A DNA stretch of 64,000 nucleotides, from positions 17,681 through 81,680 of the forward strand of contig JAUYHD010000016.1 of NCBI GenBank assembly GCA_030690215.1. The letters run 5' to 3'. The notes under the pieces were generated by a model that saw only the letters and a list, made by a program, of their open reading frames with translations, was not told the origin of the DNA and ran no database searches. The translations under genes and the position numbers were made by a program. Below, piece by piece: positions 36,799-46,583 of this stretch; position 1 is the stretch's first letter; each line of letters opens with the position of its first letter. Source of the stretch: a bacterium. Its GTDB lineage: Bacteria > Patescibacteriota > Minisyncoccia > 1-14-0-10-42-19.

Positions 36799-39363
36799 AT
36801 GGAAGTAACCGCAATAGGAAAGTTTCTCTATGAAGCTCTTGATAAATTTATTGAAGGGCAGGAAGGATTAAAAAAATTCCTCCCCATAAGCTTCCTCGCA
36901 AAAGAAAGCATGCTTATTATCGGTCCCACGGGAACCGCTAAAACCCTCTCGAGCGAATTGATAGCTCACGCAACAGACTTACACCTTCATCATGTACAGG
37001 GCACAAATGAGATGACCATAAATCAGATCATTGGGCCTGCGGTACTCATCCGTGAAAAAACCGATCTCGGCCACGGAAAGGAAGAAGAAAAAATATTTGA
37101 GGGATTTGAGCCAGGCTGTTTTCTTCGGTGTGATACCGGATTTTTTGACGAAATCACGCGAGCGCCTGACGAGATAATGAATGTTCTTCTCCCTATCCTG
37201 AATGAAGGAAGATATGAATATTTCAATCCATCAACCAAAAAGGAAGAATGGACACATTCTTCTATGCGCCAGCTTATTGCCGCGGCAAACCCGAAAAGCA
37301 GGTCTTCAAAACTCTTGGAAGAACAGGTTGTAGACCGGTTCTCCTTGGGAGTTATCTGCAGAAACCTCATATTCAAAAAGAGGTTTAAAAATTTGCGTGA
37401 AGCAATGAGACGGTCGCGTACATGGCCCGAAAATCTTCTTGAAGCCCCGATAAGCAAGGAAATGAAAGGAAGGGTAAGCAAAAGCGATCTGGACAAAGCG
37501 TATGAATGCGTCGGCGGGAGCGATCCTCGGATAAAAATACCTCTTATCGTAACATGGGCTCTTGTGTCTCTCCTCGATATCATCATAGAGACGCGTAATC
37601 TCCAGGAAGACGACGCGGTGTTCACCGACCGAGCCGCTATCGCAAAACTTCATAAGCTTTTGCGGGCGCACGCGCTTTTTGAAGGACGCCTGAAAGTTTC
37701 ATGGGATGACTTCCGCGTATTTTATGGCTACATCACTCACCGAGTGGAAAAAATCCACAGGAAACCGATAAATCATCTGGTTGAGCTGTTTATAGACACG
37801 CTGAAACATCATGTCTATACAAAAGAAATAGCGCAAACTCTTGATGAGCTGGACAAATTAAAAGAAACTATTGACCACAGCTTAGCTGAAGAGAAACAGC
37901 GGGAAGAAAATCTAACGCACGCTCAAGCGCTTGAAACAAAAGCGGAGGCATTTTTCGAAGAGATAAAATCTTTTTTTATAACGGCAAAGGACGCGCTCGC
38001 ACAGATCAACACCTATGAAGAATTGCGCGACGCAACATCCGAAAAGCCCTTTGAAGGAAGTTTTAAGGATGTCCCTTCGCCTGATAAAAAAGAGAGCGCT
38101 CCCCCCGCAGACCAACTCAAAAATCAGGAGCCAAAGAAAGAAGACCAAAACCCTGCGCCGAAAGACAAAGAACCGCAGGGGCACCGAGAACAGGGAGCAA
38201 AAGACAAAAAAATGACGTTTAATGATTTTTTTCTTGATCAGCAAGAACCAACCATTGAGCTCTCCACCTCTCAAACGCATGAAGCGGGCCCTGAAACCGA
38301 TATAGATCTGCGCGGTATAAAAAACTTTGAGACTGCCGAAAGTGTGAATATCTTCCTTGTAGAGATAGGACGCCTTAAAGAAAGTTTTCGGGTGCAGAGA
38401 AAGAAAGAGCACCCTCGCCGGGGCGAAATATCCCACAGAAAACCAATAAAAAATCTTGAGGATATAAAAAAAGCGGAACCTTCGCGGATTCCCGAATATA
38501 TTGATTCGGGCGCGCCAAAACCACTGATAAAAATACGAACGGTCCCCGACATATGCCTATTTACCGCGCGGGATGTTTCGTATTCTATGGCAGGTGAAGT
38601 GGCGGGCAAAGGAACGCTTGCGACAAAAGGGAATCTGGCACGCTGGGCATCCCAGATTGATATTGCAATCTGCCATGAAGGACAGCAAAGAGATTTCTCC
38701 TATGCTCATATGGACTTCAGCGAGCGGCAGTATTTCTCAACAGAACAGAGGATTGCTCTTGCCGAACAGATGAGACTCATCTCCCCTGATATTTCAAAAA
38801 TAGAAAAGCTCATACACTCTACCGATTGCAAAGGAGCTACCGACATTGAATTCATGATAGAGACGGCACTATCCCATATTGAGGAACGCACCAAACGGTA
38901 TGGAGAAATGCTTACCTTTCTTGTCCCTATAACTGACGGGATAGAAACTATCCGCCACGGAAAACTTGATGCACTGCTTGCGGCATGCGTCAAAAAATCT
39001 ATCGTTATTACGCCGGTATTCATTTTTGACCCATTGGGTATAAAGGGTCAGGAATATATCGTCTATAAAAACGGACGGATGACAGATCTGAAAGCTCCGA
39101 GCACCATCAGCCATATGGCTGAGGAAACGGAAGGTATGATCTTTTGGGGAATACAGGACAGCGAGCACGACAGAGTCGCATTCGCGACAAAGGATACTGC
39201 GCTTAGAATAATACGGGCGCTCGCGCATACCAGCAAGATAGAAGCTCCCCGATTTTCCTCCACGGGAAAGAACTATCGGTCTTTCGGAAACAATATGAGT
39301 ACTGACGGAGAAAAACAAAAAACTCCGTTCAATACTGAAAATCTTTATAAGACAGGTACATAA
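36799..39363 (+). CDS. MoxR/RavA-type AAA+ ATPase fused to a vWA domain
   Basis: GPTGTAKT, FFDEI, AAANP, DRF; MIDAS DVSYS...T...TDG. Confidence 0.85.
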   Translation: MEVTAIGKFLYEALDKFIEGQEGLKKFLPISFLAKESMLIIGPTGTAKTLSSELIAHATDLHLHHVQGTNEMTINQIIGPAVLIREKTDLGHGKEEEKIFEGFEPGCFLRCDTGFFDEITRAPDEIMNVLLPILNEGRYEYFNPSTKKEEWTHSSMRQLIAAANPKSRSSKLLEEQVVDRFSLGVICRNLIFKKRFKNLREAMRRSRTWPENLLEAPISKEMKGRVSKSDLDKAYECVGGSDPRIKIPLIVTWALVSLLDIIIETRNLQEDDAVFTDRAAIAKLHKLLRAHALFEGRLKVSWDDFRVFYGYITHRVEKIHRKPINHLVELFIDTLKHHVYTKEIAQTLDELDKLKETIDHSLAEEKQREENLTHAQALETKAEAFFEEIKSFFITAKDALAQINTYEELRDATSEKPFEGSFKDVPSPDKKESAPPADQLKNQEPKKEDQNPAPKDKEPQGHREQGAKDKKMTFNDFFLDQQEPTIELSTSQTHEAGPETDIDLRGIKNFETAESVNIFLVEIGRLKESFRVQRKKEHPRRGEISHRKPIKNLEDIKKAEPSRIPEYIDSGAPKPLIKIRTVPDICLFTARDVSYSMAGEVAGKGTLATKGNLARWASQIDIAICHEGQQRDFSYAHMDFSERQYFSTEQRIALAEQMRLISPDISKIEKLIHSTDCKGATDIEFMIETALSHIEERTKRYGEMLTFLVPITDGIETIRHGKLDALLAACVKKSIVITPVFIFDPLGIKGQEYIVYKNGRMTDLKAPSTISHMAEETEGMIFWGIQDSEHDRVAFATKDTALRIIRALAHTSKIEAPRFSSTGKNYRSFGNNMSTDGEKQKTPFNTENLYKTGT

Positions 39364-39438
39364 AATCAATAAGCCCAGACATCTTGTCTGGGCTCTTTTC
39401 TTGCCTTTTTTTGTATTTTTGGTATCATAGTACCTATC

Positions 39439-39831
39439 ATGTTAATGATCAGACTACAGCGAGTAGGACGTAAAAATGACCCAAGTTTTCGGGTTGTTAT
39501 TACCGAAAAGGCAAATGCGGCAAAATCAGGCGCCTTTCTTGAAATTGTCGGGTCATATGATGCCCGCAAAGACCGTGTCCAACTCAAACAAGATCGCATC
39601 CAGCATTGGCTTTCGCATGGGGCAAAAACATCAGCCACGGTCCACAATATGCTGGTAAATGCAAAAATAATCAACGCGCCAAAAGTAAACGCATTACCCT
39701 CAAAAAAAATCAAACCGGAAGAAGCAAAAACAGAAGCCCCGGCACCAGCACAAAAAGCTGAAGAAATGGCGCCAACAGCAACAGCCGAAGCACCCGCGGA
39801 AGCAAAAGCGGAGGAGGATCCAACAGCATAA
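39439..39831 (+). CDS. rpsP: 30S ribosomal protein S16
   Basis: MIRLQRVGRKNDPSFRVV. Confidence 0.96.
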   Translation: MLMIRLQRVGRKNDPSFRVVITEKANAAKSGAFLEIVGSYDARKDRVQLKQDRIQHWLSHGAKTSATVHNMLVNAKIINAPKVNALPSKKIKPEEAKTEAPAPAQKAEEMAPTATAEAPAEAKAEEDPTA

Positions 39832-39900
39832 TATATATCTTATAAAAAAATCGCCACACTCTTTGGGAGTGTGGCGATTGGTTTTAGTCGTTTTGCCCTA

Positions 39901-40245
39901 TTATTTTTGTTCAATCCGTGTCCCGTTTTTATCATAATGCTGGATAAAAACATCTTCACTTATAAGATAATACATAATTGCCTCTTGTTTATAATGCTGT
40001 GCTGTAATATCTGCGATCATTTCAATTTGCGAACATGTGCACATAATACGCACCGGAATCATTTCTTCGGTAAACAGCTTGTTATCAGGACTCACCCACT
40101 GCCCTTTCGCGGTCCGGAATATTGTCAAACCAGAGGATATGCCTCGTACCATCTCATCCCATTTATTATGGTACGAAATCTCAATCTTGCTTCCATCCGA
40201 AAAAATTTTGGGTACAAGAATCTCCCACAGTGCGATCTTTTCCAT
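39901..40245 (-). CDS. hypothetical protein
   Basis: GLTI...KGQW...E.MIPVRI. Confidence 0.7.
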   Translation of the reverse strand: MEKIALWEILVPKIFSDGSKIEISYHNKWDEMVRGISSGLTIFRTAKGQWVSPDNKLFTEEMIPVRIMCTCSQIEMIADITAQHYKQEAIMYYLISEDVFIQHYDKNGTRIEQK

Positions 40246-40252
40246 TTTTTAT

Positions 40253-40717
40253 CTACGCCTTTAATCCATCCAAAGGAAGAATAACGGGATCGGGATTCCC
40301 GCATAAAAAAATCTTTCCGTCCTGCCTTTCTCGGACCTGAAGCATATTGAGATAATTCATAATCCCCTGGATAAAAGTCTCCAAAATTATTTCCTTTGTT
40401 TTGGTGAGCTCTTTTTTCTTGGCAAAATCTTCAAAATCATCCATTAAATCAGATACAAGTACGGAAAGGAATGCCTGAATTTGATTTGAATTTTGTTCAT
40501 AGCGGAAAACACTATTAAAAACCTCAAGCGTCCTTGAAAGGACGTCTCGAATACTGACACTTTTTTCGGGGATATTACAAATTTTTGCGATTATAGTACG
40601 AAGATCGCTAACCGTATCTTCCCTTTTATAATGTCCCTTCGCATAGAGTATAAAGTGCCTTATAAATTCATCTTTAAATTCTACCGTTTCCTCAATTGCC
40701 GGACTAATAAGCTCCAT
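40253..40717 (-). CDS. hypothetical protein
   Basis: AGGAGG RBS. Confidence 0.65.
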   Translation of the reverse strand: MELISPAIEETVEFKDEFIRHFILYAKGHYKREDTVSDLRTIIAKICNIPEKSVSIRDVLSRTLEVFNSVFRYEQNSNQIQAFLSVLVSDLMDDFEDFAKKKELTKTKEIILETFIQGIMNYLNMLQVRERQDGKIFLCGNPDPVILPLDGLKA

Positions 40718-40845
40718 TGTACTTCCTCCTTTTTTATCAAAAATCAATTTTGCAAATTATACTTTAAAAAAATATGAATGTCAATAGATTGCAAAAAGCA
40801 GAAAAATAAAAAGAAGGAGGGTGATTTCCTTCTTTGGGCCAAACT

Positions 40846-41202
40846 TTATAGAGTATGTATGAATTGATTCGCTAAATTTTTAAAAAAACTTTCGTATTTA
40901 GGCAAAACTCCTCTTTCGGTAAGTTCTTTTGAAATCGAGGCTGGAATCTGTTTATGTACTAAGTACATATCGCCCCAACTTTCAAAAAATTGTCCCATTT
41001 CAAAAAAAGTTAAAGAATCCCGAATAGCTTCGCTATAAAAATCCCCGTTTGATCTCTTTTTAATCCCGTAGCGAATGCGATCGTCAGTCATGGCAAAAAA
41101 ATTATATAAAGCCTGTTCGTCAAAACTATAACCGCCCAAATTCATCAGAAGTCCCATCAAAATTTCTGAAATAGATAATTCTTCAACTAAAATTTTTTGC
41201 AT
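40846..41202 (-). CDS. hypothetical protein
   Basis: GGGAG RBS; low GC. Confidence 0.6.
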   Translation of the reverse strand: MQKILVEELSISEILMGLLMNLGGYSFDEQALYNFFAMTDDRIRYGIKKRSNGDFYSEAIRDSLTFFEMGQFFESWGDMYLVHKQIPASISKELTERGVLPKYESFFKNLANQFIHTL

Positions 41203-41278
41203 ACATCTATCTCCCTCTGACAAAGTCCTATTCTAAAAAATCAAAACTTATAATATAAAAATAAATCCCTCGTGTCAA

Positions 41279-41314
41279 CCCAGCCCCACTTTCACATAAA
41301 AAGGTGGGGCTGGG
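41279..41314. mobile_element. CCCAGCCCCAC hairpin element at a minus-strand TTGAC
   Basis: same ends as 3598-3696. Confidence 0.65.
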
Positions 41315-41326
41315 CCAACCCCATAC

Positions 41327-41460
41327 TTGCAAAAATCTTAGCTTTCTGCTAAAGTTTCGAATAGTGAGTACAAATCGCTCCATAAGCTGAGAGGGCGAAA
41401 ATGAGTCATCTTGATCCCCCATTCCTAATCGCTTGCGCGAGGGAATGGGGTGTTTTTTTT
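41327..41460 (+). ncRNA. candidate about 95-nt sRNA
   Basis: TTGCAA-17-TAAAGT; terminator ccccattcc/ggaatgggg plus T8. Confidence 0.45.
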
Positions 41461-41471
41461 GTTTACGAAAA

Positions 41472-41585
41472 ATAAAAAATGGGCCACCCGAAGGCGACCC
41501 TGTACTTGTTGTTTAAAACGGCTCTTGTACCCTAGCCGAGTTTGTAATATGGGCCTATTATAGTGCTCTCGCCTACTGCTGTAAA
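41472..41585 (-). ncRNA. candidate about 78-nt sRNA
   Basis: TTTACA-17-TATAAT; terminator gggtcgccttcgggtggccc plus T tract. Confidence 0.45.
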
Positions 41586-41705
41586 GAGCAAACACAGATT
41601 AAAACTAATTACAGCTTTTTGCTTTACGTTGTAGTTTTGCGCTTTGAACTTTGCGTTTTTAGCCTTACTTGTCTTTATATTATTTAAAATTTGTATATTC
41701 GTTCC

Positions 41706-43958
41706 TTACTTGCTGTATTGAACTGCTTCCTCAAGCTTCAACGACAATATTTTTGAGACACCTTCGCTCCCCATCGTGACACCATACAAAATACCCGCGT
41801 GTCTCATGGATTCGCGATTGTGAGTGATGATAACCAATTGGGTCCCCTTAGAAAGAAGCCCAAGCATCTGCCCATATTTCCGGGAATTGTTTTCGTCCAA
41901 TGCCGCATCCATTTCATCCAACACCAAAAATGGAGGCGGGTTAACACTTGAAAGAGCAAACAAAAGCGCGATAGACGTAAGAGCGCGCTCTCCGCCCGAA
42001 AGCATATCAAGCCCGCGTATGCGTTTTTTAGGCAAATTCACATATACATCAAGACCTGTCATATAATGCGCATGCCTACCCGATGCCCCGTCTTCTTCGA
42101 GCATATCTTCCCCGACAGAAACATCCTGTTCGGCGCCTTCCCCAGAGTCAATTAACTCCGTCGGAACTTTAATTTTTAAAAGTTTCAGTTCTGCTTTTCC
42201 TCCCCCAAAAATAGTTTCAAAATGCTTTTGGAATTCGTGATTTATCTTAGAAATGCCTTTTTCAAATTCGCTTTCTAATTTCCCGGAAAGCTCTTCAGAC
42301 AAATGCTTCAGACCAGAAGATGCTTTCTTTAAATCGCCGAGTTCCTTTTCAAAAAAAGCGTCGCGCTCCCCCACCTCATCAAGTTCCTTTAATATCGTCT
42401 CGTCCACCCCGCCCGCGTCTTCCAGCTTAAACTTGAGCCGAGCAATATCCCGCAATATTTTTTCGCGGTCTTGTCCCCGCAACTGTTCGCTCGCGGGAGT
42501 AAGCGAATCAACAGAAATATAATGAGATGCTTCCTGTTTTTCTCTGACATATTCTTCACGGCGCAAGCGTAAACGCTCTTCTTCAATGGATACGCTGCGG
42601 AGAGCATCTTTCATCCGGTTCCCTTGCCCGTCAAGCTCGTAGAGCGCGCGTTCAAGTTCCCGTAATTTTTTTTCATAGCCATGCAGACTGCCTCCCATTT
42701 CTTTTTCTTGCCGTACAAGCGCTCCTTCCTTTTTTTCTATCTCCTGTATTCCGTCTTCAACATGCTTTTTCTCCTGCAGTAGTTTCTGCGTATCCATTCC
42801 GGTTTTTTTTGGTCTTTCTTTTGCATCCGACGAATCAACGCGCGAAAAAAATGACGTAATACGCTCAAGCGCTTCGTGAATAAATGACTGTATCTGGTCT
42901 ATCGCGTCCTCTTCTATCGCGGATGCAAGAATCCCTTCCACCTCGGCAAACAATTCCTCTACATCCTCGCGAGGCACCACCTCATCCATTGACACCCCCT
43001 GTGTTGGGGATTTTGCGGCTTCTATCATTCCTTCAAGCCGCCCCAGATCGTGCGACAAGCGAGATTTTTTATCCCGCAATTCAACAAGTTCGCGGGTAAT
43101 GTTCTGAAACGCGCTCTCATCTGATGCGCTGGCGCTCTTTCGTTCCTTGGCTATAGCGCTTTCAATATCTTTTCTCTTTTTTTCTATCTGCCCCAGCTCT
43201 TTTTGGGGCTCTCCTTTTTTGTCGGCAATATCTTTCTCTAACGCGGCAAGAGATGCTTCTTCCCGCATCAAATAATCCTTATATGCCGCTTCAAGCTCTG
43301 ATCTAAGCTCTTCCGTTTTTTGGAACTTCACCGCTTGTGTCTTCAAGAACTTCAAATGCGGCTGGATTTCTTTGCGCAACGCCTCAACTTGCTTCATATT
43401 TTCAGCGGTGCGTTCAAGCTTCCTATCCGCCTCCGCACGCTTAATTTGGTATATCTTGAGGCCTAACGCGTCTTCAACCATCTCTTTGCGCTCTTTGGAA
43501 GACGCGTACAAAATTCTGTCCGCCTCTCCCTGCCCGATAATATGGTGTTGCGAAGATCCAAGGCCAACATGCGCTAAAAGCTCCATAATATCTTTGAGAC
43601 GCACAATAGAACCGTTAATCATATATTCGTTTACGCCGTCGCGATACACATTGCGCGAAAGTATCACTTCATTAAATTCAACAGGAAATTGGTTTTTTGT
43701 ATTATCAAATACCAGTGTTGCTGACGCCTTGGACATGCGCGGTATTGAATGCGAACCGCTAAATATCAAATCCTCTCCCTTCTTTCCGCGAAGGGACTTC
43801 ATTGATTGCTCGCCAAGCACCCACCTAATTGCTTCGGCGCAATTACTTTTCCCCGAACCATTCGGGCCTACGATTGCGGTAACGGGTGACGGCAATTCAA
43901 ATACCGTGTTCTTCGCGAATGATTTAAAACCGTTTAGTTCTAATCTCTTTAAATACAT
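41706..43958 (-). CDS. smc: short SMC-family ATPase, 750 aa
   Basis: LNGFKSF, GPNGSGKSN, LSGGE, LDEMDAALD; start MYLKRL. Confidence 0.88.
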   Translation of the reverse strand: MYLKRLELNGFKSFAKNTVFELPSPVTAIVGPNGSGKSNCAEAIRWVLGEQSMKSLRGKKGEDLIFSGSHSIPRMSKASATLVFDNTKNQFPVEFNEVILSRNVYRDGVNEYMINGSIVRLKDIMELLAHVGLGSSQHHIIGQGEADRILYASSKERKEMVEDALGLKIYQIKRAEADRKLERTAENMKQVEALRKEIQPHLKFLKTQAVKFQKTEELRSELEAAYKDYLMREEASLAALEKDIADKKGEPQKELGQIEKKRKDIESAIAKERKSASASDESAFQNITRELVELRDKKSRLSHDLGRLEGMIEAAKSPTQGVSMDEVVPREDVEELFAEVEGILASAIEEDAIDQIQSFIHEALERITSFFSRVDSSDAKERPKKTGMDTQKLLQEKKHVEDGIQEIEKKEGALVRQEKEMGGSLHGYEKKLRELERALYELDGQGNRMKDALRSVSIEEERLRLRREEYVREKQEASHYISVDSLTPASEQLRGQDREKILRDIARLKFKLEDAGGVDETILKELDEVGERDAFFEKELGDLKKASSGLKHLSEELSGKLESEFEKGISKINHEFQKHFETIFGGGKAELKLLKIKVPTELIDSGEGAEQDVSVGEDMLEEDGASGRHAHYMTGLDVYVNLPKKRIRGLDMLSGGERALTSIALLFALSSVNPPPFLVLDEMDAALDENNSRKYGQMLGLLSKGTQLVIITHNRESMRHAGILYGVTMGSEGVSKILSLKLEEAVQYSK

Positions 43959-44090
43959 AACATTAAAAACCAAATTCCAAATAACAAATATCAAACAATA
44001 TCCAATTTTCAATAGGCAAGCCCCAAACCGTGTTTTAAATTTGTAATTTTGAATTTGTTTGAGATTTGGATTTTGGTATTTGTCATTTTA

Positions 44091-44783
44091 TCAAATCCAC
44101 CCTTTTACCTCCAGCGCTTTCCGTGCCGCCTCTTCCTGCGCTATCTGCTTTGACGGGCCTTCGCCCTCCGCGACTTTCTCCTCATCCAAAAAAATACCGA
44201 TAACAAAATGCTTATCGTGGTCAGGCCCCCACTCTTTGATAACGCTGTATGTCGGCGTAACACCGTGTCTATCCTGCGCTTCTTCCTGAAACATGCTCTT
44301 TGGGTCTTTGTATAATTTTTTCTCAATAATTTCGTCTAACTGCGGCATGAGTACGCGCTCCAAAAAATCCTTTACTTCACCATATCCCCGGTCCAGATAC
44401 AAAGCGCCCGAAAGCGCCTCAAACGTATTTGCAAGAATATATTGGCGCGCGCGTCCCATATCCTTTGACTCTCCGCGTGAAAGGAGAAGGTGGTCGCCTA
44501 CATGCAGAATGCCTGCGACTTCCGCGAGCATCTTGGTATTCACAAGAGCAGCCCGAAAGCTCGTGAGTTCCCCTTCGGGCTTTTCAGGAAAACGCAAAAA
44601 CAAAGCTTCGGTAATAACAAGCTCAATGACCGCATCGCCCAAAAATTCAAGGCGTTCATTATGCGGGTATTTCCAATCGGTGTTCTCGTTTAAATACGAA
44701 CGATGCGTAAGGGCTTCATATAACAGACTCTTGTTTATAAAGCTGACGCCGAGACTCTGCTCAAGACCGGATAAATCTTTCAT
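44091..44783 (-). CDS. rnc: ribonuclease III
   Basis: NERLEFLGDAV, dsRBD. Confidence 0.97.
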   Translation of the reverse strand: MKDLSGLEQSLGVSFINKSLLYEALTHRSYLNENTDWKYPHNERLEFLGDAVIELVITEALFLRFPEKPEGELTSFRAALVNTKMLAEVAGILHVGDHLLLSRGESKDMGRARQYILANTFEALSGALYLDRGYGEVKDFLERVLMPQLDEIIEKKLYKDPKSMFQEEAQDRHGVTPTYSVIKEWGPDHDKHFVIGIFLDEEKVAEGEGPSKQIAQEEAARKALEVKGWI

Positions 44784-44897
44784 CGTTGAAACTCAAAACG
44801 CAAAGTTTAAAGCGTAAAACTACAACGTAAAGCTAAAAGGTTTTTTGTTTTAAGCTGTAGTTTTGACTTTTGAGCTCTAAACTTTGAGCTTTTTAAA

Positions 44898-45794
44898 TTA
44901 CTTTAATAATATCTTTAATGCTTTTTCTAATAATGGCTTAATATCAGGGTAGGTTTTTACGCCAACAACCTCATCCTGCCCGAACCAGCGCACATCATCA
45001 AGCCCCCCCGATTCTTTAAGGTGCAATTCTTTCTCTTTCGTCTCTATCAAAAAATATGTCACCCGCTTTCTGATTTTTCCTTTTTCGGGGTCGGAGGCGA
45101 CATATTCGTTCGTGCCCATCTCTTCTCCCATGCGCACATCCGCAATACCAAGCTCCTCCCGAATTTTACGCGCCGTTCCTTTTTCCACATCAACCTTGCC
45201 CGTGCCCAACTTTCCCTTGGAAAGCGTCCAGTACCCGAACACGTCATGCACAAGGGCAAACAAAAGCACATCACCCTCTCTGCGGTACACCACGCCCCCG
45301 CCAAGATGCTCTACCGGAAGTTTTGACATATCTCCCTCAAACAGCTTTTTACCGGTGTCATCTTTGCCCGGCTCGCCTATCTCTTTATATACAGTCCCCA
45401 AAACGCCATTTACAAAACGGCCGGACGATTCTCCGCCAAAGTTCTTTGCAAGCTCAATTGCTTCGTTAATCGCGACTTTCGGAGGCACCTCGTCGCGCTT
45501 GCCGAACAAAAGCTCCCATAAACCAAGGCGCAATACGTTGCGGTCCACTCGCGCGACCTGTTCAATGGGCCACTCGGGTGCCGCCTTTTCAATAATAGAA
45601 TCTATTTTTTTTCTTTTCTTGAGAACACCGTACACAAGCACCTCTGCAAAATCATCGTCATCTTCAACACCGGGCGCGAATTCCCTTGTATTACGCAGAA
45701 GCATTTCTTTTATCTGGGCGTCGTCATACCCAGTAAAATCCCATTCAAAAAGGGTTTGCATCGCGATTGATCGTGAAAGATGTCGGTTGGCCAT
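44898..45794 (-). CDS. nusB: NusB fused to a Nudix-like domain
   Basis: VAINEAIELAKNFG..S.RFVNGVL; C-terminal ARKIREELGI. Confidence 0.93.
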   Translation of the reverse strand: MANRHLSRSIAMQTLFEWDFTGYDDAQIKEMLLRNTREFAPGVEDDDDFAEVLVYGVLKKRKKIDSIIEKAAPEWPIEQVARVDRNVLRLGLWELLFGKRDEVPPKVAINEAIELAKNFGGESSGRFVNGVLGTVYKEIGEPGKDDTGKKLFEGDMSKLPVEHLGGGVVYRREGDVLLFALVHDVFGYWTLSKGKLGTGKVDVEKGTARKIREELGIADVRMGEEMGTNEYVASDPEKGKIRKRVTYFLIETKEKELHLKESGGLDDVRWFGQDEVVGVKTYPDIKPLLEKALKILLK

Positions 45795-45839
45795 AGTTGA
45801 TTTTGTTAAATGAACGAAGAGAGTTTTTCAAAATCCTTA

Positions 45840-45884
45840 CCCCGTTAGATGAAAATTGTTGCAATAATTTTCTATCTAATGGGG
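45840..45884. mobile_element. 45-bp CCCCGTTAG hairpin element
   Basis: ccccgttagat...atctaatgggg. Confidence 0.7.
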
Positions 45885-45912
45885 TTCCCAAAAAATATAG
45901 TTGCTTCGCTCC

Positions 45913-46194
45913 TTATTTTTTGGAAAGCTCCGCCGCCTCCATCGGCTTATCTCCTGCTTCCTGCTCTTCTTGAGCCCGTAATTCCTTCTCTTTGTGTTTT
46001 TTCTCTTTTTTATTGAGTTTCGCGAGCACGTCTATTACTTCGCGCTTGTTGTATGTTCCGCAGTTTTCGCAAATCCGATGCGGAAGTTTTGCCTGATTGC
46101 ATTTTGCGCACACCGAAAGCGCCCCCGGCTTTAGCGCATGATGCGACCGGCGGTTATTTGTGTGTGACTTGGTGTGCCTCATTCGTACTACCAT
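45913..46194 (-). CDS. rpmF: 50S ribosomal protein L32
   Basis: RRSHHAL, CAKC...HRICENCG.Y. Confidence 0.93.
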   Translation of the reverse strand: MVVRMRHTKSHTNNRRSHHALKPGALSVCAKCNQAKLPHRICENCGTYNKREVIDVLAKLNKKEKKHKEKELRAQEEQEAGDKPMEAAELSKK

Positions 46195-46232
46195 ATTGTT
46201 CTATAGTAACGAAAAAGGGGCGGTATGTAAAG

Positions 46233-46540
46233 CCCCGTTTGGCTAAATCGAAAGCCGCGTCTACGTCTGACGGATACTATACCCGATTAAAGAAACAGCA
46301 GTCCATTGTCTGGGCTATCGAGGTTCGCTAGTAGACGCGACAAGGAAGACGATTCGATTTTGCCTAACGGGGTAAAGCCCCGTAGAGCAATATCGCATGA
46401 TATGTCATGCGTTCGCCTTTGGGGAGAAAAGACCACCGCGCTCGCTTATTTTTCTTGCATTAGGCATTTCCGCACAATGACCCATAAGAATGCATTATGC
46501 GATTTTGCCTAACGGGGTAAAGCCCCGTTTGGCTAAATCG
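46233..46540. mobile_element. tandem array of two 140-bp MITEs plus a truncated third, separated by TAAAG
   Basis: 46233-46372, 46378-46517, 46523-46540. Confidence 0.82.
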
Positions 46541-46583
46541 TCATGCCAAAGGCAGATCTGCCTCCGGCAGAGAAGCAAAGCAT

